This document shows, piece after piece, positions 17,161 to 24,361 of a stretch of 64,000 nt of DNA. The notes under the pieces are model-generated. The model saw only the letters and a program-made list of their open reading frames with translations, was not told the origin of the DNA and made no database searches. The translations under genes were made by a program, and so were the position numbers. Source of the stretch: an archaeon (GTDB lineage: Archaea > Nanobdellota > Nanobdellia > Woesearchaeales > UBA9642); NCBI GenBank assembly GCA_043806035.1, contig JAZDHK010000033.1:33003-97002 (forward strand), read 5' to 3'. Within the stretch, counting starts at the first letter, position 1. Each line of letters opens with the position of its first letter.

Positions 17161-18041
17161 AGGCACAAATAAGCAGTCTCTTGCTCGTCACCATTGTCAC
17201 GATACTGACCTTGCTCGTCGTGCTGCTCGTCATGTCCGGCATATTCTCGAGCACGAATGATGCCTTTGCGTACAAGGACTGCCAGGCGAGCGTGGAAAAA
17301 TTCATCGCCCGCACAAAATTGACGAAAGATTACACGACGGCGAGCATCACGTGCAGGACGAGAACGGTGAATGTACGCGCCACTGATCAGGAACAGGTGA
17401 AACGGCAACTTGCGGAGGAAATGCGCAGCTGCTGGTCAACATTCAAACAAGGTAATGTACGGTTCTTCGTTGAAGAGGGCACGTACTGCCACCCCTGTGC
17501 TATTGTCAATTTTAATAAGAGAATGAAACCGATTACTGATTTCAATGCGTACTTGGCGCAAAGGAAGATGACGAGCAGCAACCTCACGTATGCGGCTTAT
17601 TTTATAGGTTACAGCACGCCTGGAGGACAGGAATTAGCAGTCTTCACAGATAATGCAAGTTTTGGAAATGCTCTTCTCCTTGATCCGCAGAAGCATTATG
17701 TCGTGCTGTTCCACCACATGATGGGCATGGAAACCATACGACAATTCAAAGAAAGAATAGGCGGTGAGACGAACGCAGTATTTTTAGGCATTGGAGCGGG
17801 GGGTGCCGCTGCTGGAGTTGTGGGTATTATTCTTGTTACTGCAGGAGTTGTTTCTGGACCCATAGGCTGGATCATCTTGGGCGCAGGCATGGTCATAGGG
17901 GGGGTGATTGCAGACATTTGGGGAGACCCTCCAGAATGGGTGAGCAGCATCATGCTTATAGAATACAAGCCGGGAGAACTCGAGAGGCTCGGCTGCCAAT
18001 TTGATGAAGTGCAGCAGGACATGTTCGGCAACCTAAACTAA
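17157..18041 (+). CDS. pilin-like protein P6, 294 aa, with a C-terminal glycine-zipper TM pair
   Basis: ATGA overlap with the P5 stop. MKA|QISSLLLVTIVTILTLLVVLLV. EEMRSCWSTFKQGNVRFF ... YCHPCAIVNF. C-terminus GIGAGGAAAGVVGIILVTAGVVSGPIGWIILGAGMVIGGVIA. Confidence 0.78.
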   Translation: MKAQISSLLLVTIVTILTLLVVLLVMSGIFSSTNDAFAYKDCQASVEKFIARTKLTKDYTTASITCRTRTVNVRATDQEQVKRQLAEEMRSCWSTFKQGNVRFFVEEGTYCHPCAIVNFNKRMKPITDFNAYLAQRKMTSSNLTYAAYFIGYSTPGGQELAVFTDNASFGNALLLDPQKHYVVLFHHMMGMETIRQFKERIGGETNAVFLGIGAGGAAAGVVGIILVTAGVVSGPIGWIILGAGMVIGGVIADIWGDPPEWVSSIMLIEYKPGELERLGCQFDEVQQDMFGNLN

Positions 18042-18044
18042 ACA

Positions 18045-18053
18045 TTTATAAAA
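18045..18053 (+). promoter_or_regulatory. TATA box (TTTATAAAA) about 27 nt upstream of the 45-aa ORF
   Basis: Located immediately after the P6 stop. The spacing implies a leaderless transcript starting at ATG 18076. Confidence 0.45.
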
Positions 18054-18075
18054 TTAGTTCACGCCTTGCACGGGC

Positions 18076-18213
18076 ATGCATGGCCAGAAAAGCACTTTGA
18101 AGGAGATGATCGTTCTTGCAGCGGTGATTATCATTTTCATCATCATTTTGTCGTTTTTATTCAAGGACAAGGTTTCCAACCTGGTCGATAGCATCATTTC
18201 CGTATTCCACTAA
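18076..18213 (+). CDS. 45-aa Flp-like mini-pilin candidate s2 (below the ORF-track cutoff)
   Basis: MHG|QKSTLKEMIVLAAVIIIFIIILSFLFKDKVSNLVDSIISVFH. It has its own TATA box. The TAA stop lies 2 nt before the P7 ATG. Confidence 0.5.
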   Translation: MHGQKSTLKEMIVLAAVIIIFIIILSFLFKDKVSNLVDSIISVFH

Positions 18214-18215
18214 CT

Positions 18216-19013
18216 ATGAAAGGACAACTCAACAAGCAACTGTTGGGCTTCATCATGCTAGCCATTGCAATCATCATGGCATACTTGTTGCTCACGCACG
18301 GCAGAGACTATGCATTCAAGATGCAATACTGGCTCTTCGGACCACCATCCGACGATGATGATCGTGCACACTACTATTTTGATCGCATGGCAGAATTCCT
18401 CGAGAGCTCCGCAGTGACGGACGATTTCTCGAAAAAATTGCCAACAGAGGTACCTTGCCTGCTTTCACGGTATGCGTACGATGAGGACAAGCCGCTCTCG
18501 AGCAAGTACTTCTTCAGCGTCGACTATGAAGGGCCTGCAGACAACCAGCAGGGCAACAAGGCATACGTCTTGCACATGCACGTGCAAACGCCATCAGGCT
18601 TCATTGATAATGCCTCAAAAAGACTGGGCGTGCAGACGTTCAGGTATAGGTGCTCTGCAATCGAGCCAAAAGTGAACAGACCTCCCGTCATGCTCGCGCA
18701 GGACGCATTCCTTTGTGGAGTGAACCCCCCTGCACGGTACATACTTCTCCCGGACCAGCACGTTGCAGGTATGCCGTTCCTGCAGGACTACGCCCAAATA
18801 AACAAGACCACGAACACGTACTACTTTTCCCGCTACCCTTCATTGTACATCTTTGCAGACACGGCAAACCCTGTTGAAGAGGACAAATACCGATCCTACT
18901 TTTACGTCTTCGACCCCGCAGACAGCATGTACAAGGCAAGCTCGACTCGAGACAGCATACTGCGCAGCCTGCAAGAGATTCCCTCCTGCACGTTCAAGAA
19001 GCGGAAGACGTGA
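18216..19013 (+). CDS. pilin-like protein P7, 265 aa
   Basis: MKG|QLNKQLLGFIMLAIAIIMAYLLL. Confidence 0.78.
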   Translation: MKGQLNKQLLGFIMLAIAIIMAYLLLTHGRDYAFKMQYWLFGPPSDDDDRAHYYFDRMAEFLESSAVTDDFSKKLPTEVPCLLSRYAYDEDKPLSSKYFFSVDYEGPADNQQGNKAYVLHMHVQTPSGFIDNASKRLGVQTFRYRCSAIEPKVNRPPVMLAQDAFLCGVNPPARYILLPDQHVAGMPFLQDYAQINKTTNTYYFSRYPSLYIFADTANPVEEDKYRSYFYVFDPADSMYKASSTRDSILRSLQEIPSCTFKKRKT

Positions 19014-19036
19014 CTGCGGCCGCAGCATCCGAAACC

Positions 19037-19044
19037 TTTAAATA
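19037..19044 (+). promoter_or_regulatory. TATA box (TTTAAATA) upstream of P8
   Basis: About 45 nt upstream of ATG 19088, which has a GAGGTGA SD. Confidence 0.4.
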
Positions 19045-19087
19045 GTGAAAGAGCGGCTGTATTTCTAAAAGTTTCGAGGTGACGGTT

Positions 19088-19342
19088 ATGAAGAAAGGTG
19101 TGGAACTTTCTATGAATGTCATCATCATTGCAGCAATAGCACTCGTTGTTTTGGTGATATTGGTGGTGCTTGTCCTAAACAGCGCAGGGCCTGTGGCGGA
19201 CACGAACAAGTGTGGCGCGGGGCAAGGCATGTGCATCGGAGAAGGCGATGAGTGTGGTGACGGCTACATCGTGCAGCCGTTGAGCAACTGCCCGACAGCA
19301 ACGCCGAAATGCTGCGTACCCTTTGGCGGCGAGCAGCAATAA
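19088..19342 (+). CDS. mini-pilin P8 with a six-Cys C-terminal knob, 84 aa
   Basis: GAGGTGA SD. MKKG|VELSMNVIIIAAIALVVLVILVVLVL, then C-x6-C-x6-C-x11-C-x6-CC. Confidence 0.82.
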   Translation: MKKGVELSMNVIIIAAIALVVLVILVVLVLNSAGPVADTNKCGAGQGMCIGEGDECGDGYIVQPLSNCPTATPKCCVPFGGEQQ

Positions 19343-19352
19343 AGGTGCAAGC

Positions 19353-19589
19353 ATGAGAAGAGGTGTGGAACTTTCTCTTAATTTTATCATTATTGCGGTC
19401 ATCGTGCTCGTCATCCTGCTCATAGCCATCGTTCTCGTCATCAATGGCGGCACGAGCTTCAATAGGGACACGAAGACCTGCACGTCAAGAGGAGGACAGT
19501 GCATTCCGGGAGGGGACAGTTGCCCTTCTGGCTCGATACCTGTTCCTGGCGTAGAGGGATGTGACGGCAGCTGCTGCCTCGGGGCATAG
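19353..19589 (+). CDS. mini-pilin P9 with a six-Cys knob, 78 aa (tandem paralog of P8)
   Basis: AAGGTG SD. MRRG|VELSLNFIIIAVIVLVILLIAIVLVI, then C-x6-C-x6-C-x12-C-x3-CC. Shares the 15-mer ggtgtggaactttct with P8. Confidence 0.82.
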   Translation: MRRGVELSLNFIIIAVIVLVILLIAIVLVINGGTSFNRDTKTCTSRGGQCIPGGDSCPSGSIPVPGVEGCDGSCCLGA

Positions 19590-19592
19590 CTC

Positions 19593-19721
19593 ATGAGGAG
19601 TACAGAGCTGGCGATGAACAGCATCGTCACCATGGCCGTTGCTGCCTGTCTCTGTTGTTCATCTACTCAGGTGATGGTTCAATTAACGAATGCTGCATAT
19701 CAGGTGAGAGTTGTTGCATAG
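19593..19721 (+). CDS. 42-aa degenerate third copy of the VELS mini-pilin N-terminus (s3), possibly a remnant
   Basis: MRSTELAMNSIVTMAVAACLCCSS... aligns with the [KR]-G-VELS-[ML]-N-x-I-I-I start of P8/P9. The hydrophobic stretch is short. Confidence 0.3.
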   Translation: MRSTELAMNSIVTMAVAACLCCSSTQVMVQLTNAAYQVRVVA

Positions 19722-19725
19722 ACAT

Positions 19726-21420
19726 ATGAAGAAAGGCATGGCTGCCCTGGAGTTTGTCGGCTACTTGCTGCTGATGCTCGTGGTCATTCTAGTAGCGATG
19801 TATCTCATCAATGGAGGAATAAGCATGTTTGGCATGGCTACCGGCTGTGAAGGGCAGAACGGCGTGTGCAAGGAATCCTGTGGTGAGAATGAACGAACGG
19901 TCATTTTCTTCAAGGGCTGTCCCCCGTCTGATGACAGGGCAGATAAGGAGAAGAAGCACTGCTGCGCCCCGCAAAAAGAAGATCAGGAAGGAGGCAGCGA
20001 GAGTGATGCGAAGTGCAAGAACCAAAATAATGGGTACGCCTGCGGCAATGGCACGCTCAGATACGGCAATAGAAACATTCCCTTCGTTTCCATGGTGTGC
20101 TTAGACCAGAAATGCGTGCCTCGCTGCGACTTTTGTGCAAGAGTCCTGGGCAGCGATACTGTTTGCAATCCGCTGCCAGGCGTGAATCAAGAAGTCACGT
20201 TCACTGATGCTTTCTCGTGCAGAGCCATGGAAAGTCCTCTGGATTGTGATGCACTCAACCTGCATGGTGACTGCATCAGAGGCTTCTGCCCGGGTGACAC
20301 GTACTGTGCAAAACGAGACGGCAATGGAGCGAGAGATGGTGAATTGTACATCCGCTATTCCGACCAGCCAGAATACTGTGCGGGAGACTGCGCCTTGCCT
20401 GGCACAATCGTGATCGTCGGTGACCCATTACGCCTCACCGTCAGTTACTCTGGACCGGACAGGAAGCTCTGCGCGGTAGATGTACTCAGAGAGGATGGGC
20501 AAGCCAACAAATTCGTCAGGCAGTTCACACCAGCATGCAGGAACGTTTCCTTAGATAATGGTCCATGCTCATTCAGGTGGGTGTTTGAATGCGGAGGAGA
20601 TGCACCTGCATTCGTGCTCGAGAATGACCCATTGCAGTTTCTAGTGAACAGTTCAGAATATGAATTGTTGAAGAATGTGCCCTTGCGTATCGATGTCATC
20701 GCCTATAATTGTGACGTCAGCGATAAGCAGGGCAACGTCCAGACGAGTCCTTGCCAGGACAAGGGAAGAAACGAATTAGCCCACGCCCGCATTTCTCTCG
20801 ACTTAATGAAGCCGTCATCTGCAGAGCTGCGCAAAAGAAATCCCATAATCACCATAGCATCATCCAATCCATCGACGAAATCCTGCATTGTTACCTGCAA
20901 GAACTCATTGGGGGAGCAGTGTGGGCCGCTGAACTACCTGGGTGTGGGTGCAGGAGAGCAGTGTGGGGAGAACTTGAACTGGGAGGGAAATTTGCCCACA
21001 CTAGCCTACAACAAGTGGAACGAACAGCCAATAGACAGAACAGCAAACCCTGTATTGTGCTTCAGAGGCAGGCTCACGAGCAACCCGCTCTTCGTTAATT
21101 ACACGACAGACCCTAACGGGTGTGAGCGGTTCTTCTACCAGAAAGTAGCGGAGGAGCAAGTGTGCCTGTGGAACAGCTGTGCACAAATTTCTGATGCTGC
21201 ACAATGTGAAGACACGCTCAGCCAAGGCTGCAGCTTCAGCTGTATTTGGGATAATGTGAAAAAGACGTGCCGGCTGTGCAGCACGCCCGAAACCCAATGC
21301 AAGTACATCAGAGACAGGGCTGCCTGTGATGCTGCAGCAGAAAAGTGCGGCATGCAATGCCACTGGCGGCGACGATTCCTGTTCCTGCCTGACACGTGCG
21401 AGCCGGGGCCGAGACCATGA
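19726..21420 (+). CDS. pilin-like, extremely Cys-rich secreted protein P10, 564 aa
   Basis: MKKG|MAALEFVGYLLLMLVVILVAMYLI, then knob C-x6-C-x3-C-x12-C-x13-CC. About 44 Cys by my count (an even number). Confidence 0.82.
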   Translation: MKKGMAALEFVGYLLLMLVVILVAMYLINGGISMFGMATGCEGQNGVCKESCGENERTVIFFKGCPPSDDRADKEKKHCCAPQKEDQEGGSESDAKCKNQNNGYACGNGTLRYGNRNIPFVSMVCLDQKCVPRCDFCARVLGSDTVCNPLPGVNQEVTFTDAFSCRAMESPLDCDALNLHGDCIRGFCPGDTYCAKRDGNGARDGELYIRYSDQPEYCAGDCALPGTIVIVGDPLRLTVSYSGPDRKLCAVDVLREDGQANKFVRQFTPACRNVSLDNGPCSFRWVFECGGDAPAFVLENDPLQFLVNSSEYELLKNVPLRIDVIAYNCDVSDKQGNVQTSPCQDKGRNELAHARISLDLMKPSSAELRKRNPIITIASSNPSTKSCIVTCKNSLGEQCGPLNYLGVGAGEQCGENLNWEGNLPTLAYNKWNEQPIDRTANPVLCFRGRLTSNPLFVNYTTDPNGCERFFYQKVAEEQVCLWNSCAQISDAAQCEDTLSQGCSFSCIWDNVKKTCRLCSTPETQCKYIRDRAACDAAAEKCGMQCHWRRRFLFLPDTCEPGPRP

Positions 21421-22085
21421 GGGGAGAGGCAACACATGATCAAGTGATAGGGTTCATCATACTTGTCTTCATCCTGGTGGCTGTTGTTTTTGGCATTTAT
21501 TGGAAATTCTTTCACAAGAGCGAGCAGCAAATAGCTGACTTAGAAAGTTGCGGAACGTTCAGCATCGTCGTCGCTGGCGACAGCCTGACGCGGCCAGGAG
21601 AATGCATTGTTGGAAAATGCCCGACGGACAGGCAATACAAGCAAGTGCCTGGAATGTGCGATCCAGGAATGGTGTGCTGTGTGGATCAATCATTGGAAAC
21701 GGATGTTCCTGTGCTCATGTACCGGCTCAAGGGAGAGGATACTCGGAAGTACAAGCCAATGCAAGGCAGCATAAATCTCGAAAAGGGCAAGAAATACGTC
21801 TTCAAGATGCCACAGCTCACCGAGCAGCAGGATGCAGTATCGTGTGCAATCACCATGTACGAAGTCGATGATTTTGAGCAATTGCCCACGCAAGAGGGAG
21901 GCAATGACAACAGCGCCAGAGACGAGCGCATTGACTGGGCAAAAAACAACTGCATTGAGAATGCGACAACATGGATGGATATAATCTTTCCCGAAGAGGC
22001 CAATTATTTGCTGTTCATCAAGAGTATTGACTCCTCAGGGGAGGAACTCGTCGTTGAGCCTGTTGAGCTGAGCGTGGTCTCGTGA
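21417..22085 (+). CDS. pilin-like protein P11, 222 aa
   Basis: ATGA overlap with the P10 stop. MRG|EATHDQVIGFIILVFILVAVVFGIY. Knob C-x17-C-x4-C-x12-C-x5-CC. Confidence 0.75.
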   Translation: MRGEATHDQVIGFIILVFILVAVVFGIYWKFFHKSEQQIADLESCGTFSIVVAGDSLTRPGECIVGKCPTDRQYKQVPGMCDPGMVCCVDQSLETDVPVLMYRLKGEDTRKYKPMQGSINLEKGKKYVFKMPQLTEQQDAVSCAITMYEVDDFEQLPTQEGGNDNSARDERIDWAKNNCIENATTWMDIIFPEEANYLLFIKSIDSSGEELVVEPVELSVVS

Positions 22086-23512
22086 ACGGCAGCCTTGATT
22101 TTCATTTCCTTCTTGAAGCGATCATGATTTCCATCATCGTGCTCTTCATCTTTGGTTGCGTCAATGGTGCATACCATTCGTTGACGAACGCTGACGATAG
22201 GCAGGTGAGCCTGAACAACTTCAACGCCTTAGCAACGGGCATGCAGAGTCTCGTGAACGTGCAGGACAGAGTCATGGTACAAGGCATGACCTTCTCTCTC
22301 CCTGCCAGAGTATACGTTGTCGGCTTTGACAGCGAATGGAATGAGAATGTCAAGCAGGCAGGATTGACAGATGACAGCTCCTATGAAGGTGTGCACAAGC
22401 CACAACAATGCTTGGTGAACGAGCATTCGCCAGAGGATGCTTGCTTGTGCTTGTACGAGAATGAGCAATTCGCCTACATGCACGGTAGCGAGAACAGGTT
22501 TGGAAAATTAAGTCCAGAAGAACGCATCAAGGCGTACGAAAAGCCCATCATGGCCTGCTACGTGTTCTCCTCAAAACCCGATGTGGCGGGGAGGTTTAAG
22601 CCAATAGTCTTCCTTAGCACGTGGGCAAGCAGCGACAGTCCCGTTGCAGAGAATGCAAAAAAGCCGTTCTTTGCAACAGTCCGTCCAGACCAGCCTCCGT
22701 ATGCTGGCGTCTTGGGAAGCAAGGATAACGAAGCAGGAAAATATGCATTCCTCATCTTCAAAGGCAATGACAAAACCCACACGCTCTACTACGAAAAGTA
22801 TGAGACCGACGAAAAAATTTACATTTACCTTACCACGAAAGTAGCGACACAGGACCTTTCCTTCAGAGAGTACGAACTCAAAAAACAGGCAGGATATTGC
22901 AGCGACAACAGCCATGCCAATTGTGCGGGAAAGACCATAGGAACGAGCATAGGCACGGGAAGGTATGGCAATACGCTCGACGAATGGTATGCTGTTAGTC
23001 AAGGAAGGTATGCGCAAGCAGCACCCTCTGCGGTGTGCAACGGCCGTTTCACGTGCGAACCAATATCAGAGGAGAAAGGATGCAGGATCGTCTGCCAGCC
23101 GTACTGCATAGAGCAGTGCAAAGACCAGAACTGCAAGGCAGCAGTCATCACGGAAAAGTGCGAATGCAACGGCATCAAATTTTCTGGCTACTGCGCATGC
23201 ACGCAGGACGTCACCACTGGCACGTGCCCCGCCATTGACGGCATTCCCACCCTGCTCTATCACGACCAAGTCATCCAGGGATACGGCGATGCATTGCAGC
23301 AATGCATTGCCGAACACATTGCAGACGACGCGTATGTCGAAGATCAGCTGAAGAGCATAGTGCATTATGCATCAGATGACTATGCCGACTGTAGTTTTGA
23401 GCGTCTCGATGGTGACGATGCGTTCAGTGCATGCGAGCACGATGTGTGCATGGCATCGGCGAACCCTTCCTGTGTGATTGCTGCAGAAGACAGATGCACG
23501 CCTCGACGATAA
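22082..23512 (+). CDS. pilin-like protein P12 with a Cys-rich C-terminal region, 476 aa
   Basis: GTGA overlap with the P11 stop. (M)NG|SLDFHFLLEAIMISIIVLFIFG. C-terminal CNGRFTCEPISEEKGCRIVCQPYCIEQCKDQNC... Confidence 0.75.
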   Translation: MNGSLDFHFLLEAIMISIIVLFIFGCVNGAYHSLTNADDRQVSLNNFNALATGMQSLVNVQDRVMVQGMTFSLPARVYVVGFDSEWNENVKQAGLTDDSSYEGVHKPQQCLVNEHSPEDACLCLYENEQFAYMHGSENRFGKLSPEERIKAYEKPIMACYVFSSKPDVAGRFKPIVFLSTWASSDSPVAENAKKPFFATVRPDQPPYAGVLGSKDNEAGKYAFLIFKGNDKTHTLYYEKYETDEKIYIYLTTKVATQDLSFREYELKKQAGYCSDNSHANCAGKTIGTSIGTGRYGNTLDEWYAVSQGRYAQAAPSAVCNGRFTCEPISEEKGCRIVCQPYCIEQCKDQNCKAAVITEKCECNGIKFSGYCACTQDVTTGTCPAIDGIPTLLYHDQVIQGYGDALQQCIAEHIADDAYVEDQLKSIVHYASDDYADCSFERLDGDDAFSACEHDVCMASANPSCVIAAEDRCTPRR

Positions 23513-23521
23513 ACATATAAA

Positions 23522-24361
23522 TTGTTCTTGTTCAGTGCATGCGTGGTTTCGTACGAAACAAAAATAAGAACGGCAGCACGGTATGTGAAAAAACACTTGA
23601 CGAACACGCCTCGTGCAGCCATCGTCCTTGGCTCTGGACTAGGGACCCTTGTTCAGCCAGACAACGCAAAAAGCATAGCATACAAGAACATCCCCTACTT
23701 TCCGCAAACGACAGTGCCAGGCCACGAGGGAAAGCTCATCATTGGTGAGTTGGCAGGGCATGCTGTGCTGGTGTTGCGCGGCAGGAAACACTATTATGAA
23801 GTCGCCGACAAGCCGCACGGCATGCGTGCTGTTGTTTTTTCCGTGCACGTGCTTGCAGAGCTCGGCATACCGTATTTTATTGCGACGAACGCCGCAGGAG
23901 GGCTCAATACTTCCTTTGCTGTCGGTGATGTCATGCTGATTTCCTCACACATCAGCTTCCTACCCAATCCTCTAATGGGAAGGCAACTCAGTGATGTTGC
24001 AGAACGATTTGTTCCTCTGCACGATGCATATGATGAACAGCTGCGCAGCTTCGCCAGAGGCAAAGGTGTCAGAGAAGGAGTCTATCTTGCACTGTCTGGC
24101 CCGAGTTATGAGACTCCTGCAGAATGCCTTGCCTACAGGAAACTTGGCGCTGATGCCGTGGGCATGTCCACCGTCCCAGAAATTATCGCTGCAAGAAGCA
24201 GGGGCATGACGTGCTTTGCCTTTTCGTTGATCACGAACAAGATTGCAAAGAACGGCATGAACAACACCAGCCACGACGAAGTAAAGGCAGTGCTTGCTTC
24301 AGAACACACGCGAAAGCATGCGGAAGCAGTGCTGCTTTGCGTGCTTAAACGGATCGCTTGA
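23522..24361 (+). CDS. purine nucleoside phosphorylase (trimeric PNP/MTAP family)
   Basis: ILGSGLG-type motif (AIVLGSGLG), VPGHEGKLIIG, ATNAAGGLN, GPSYETPAE, VGMSTVPE. The start is uncertain (TTG 23522 or GTG 23543, with ATATAAAT about 25 nt upstream). Confidence 0.85.
   Translation: MFLFSACVVSYETKIRTAARYVKKHLTNTPRAAIVLGSGLGTLVQPDNAKSIAYKNIPYFPQTTVPGHEGKLIIGELAGHAVLVLRGRKHYYEVADKPHGMRAVVFSVHVLAELGIPYFIATNAAGGLNTSFAVGDVMLISSHISFLPNPLMGRQLSDVAERFVPLHDAYDEQLRSFARGKGVREGVYLALSGPSYETPAECLAYRKLGADAVGMSTVPEIIAARSRGMTCFAFSLITNKIAKNGMNNTSHDEVKAVLASEHTRKHAEAVLLCVLKRIA

Noticed and set aside
19160-19589. Calling the six-Cys knob a true beta-defensin homolog
   Set aside because: Only the Cys spacing is similar. 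There is no other sequence similarity, and small disulfide-rich folds converge easily. I keep it as a structural hypothesis only.
19711-19725. TTG start for P10 as given by the ORF track
   Set aside because: ATG 19726 yields the MKKG class III consensus shared with P8 and P9. The TTG start would overlap the s3 micro-ORF.
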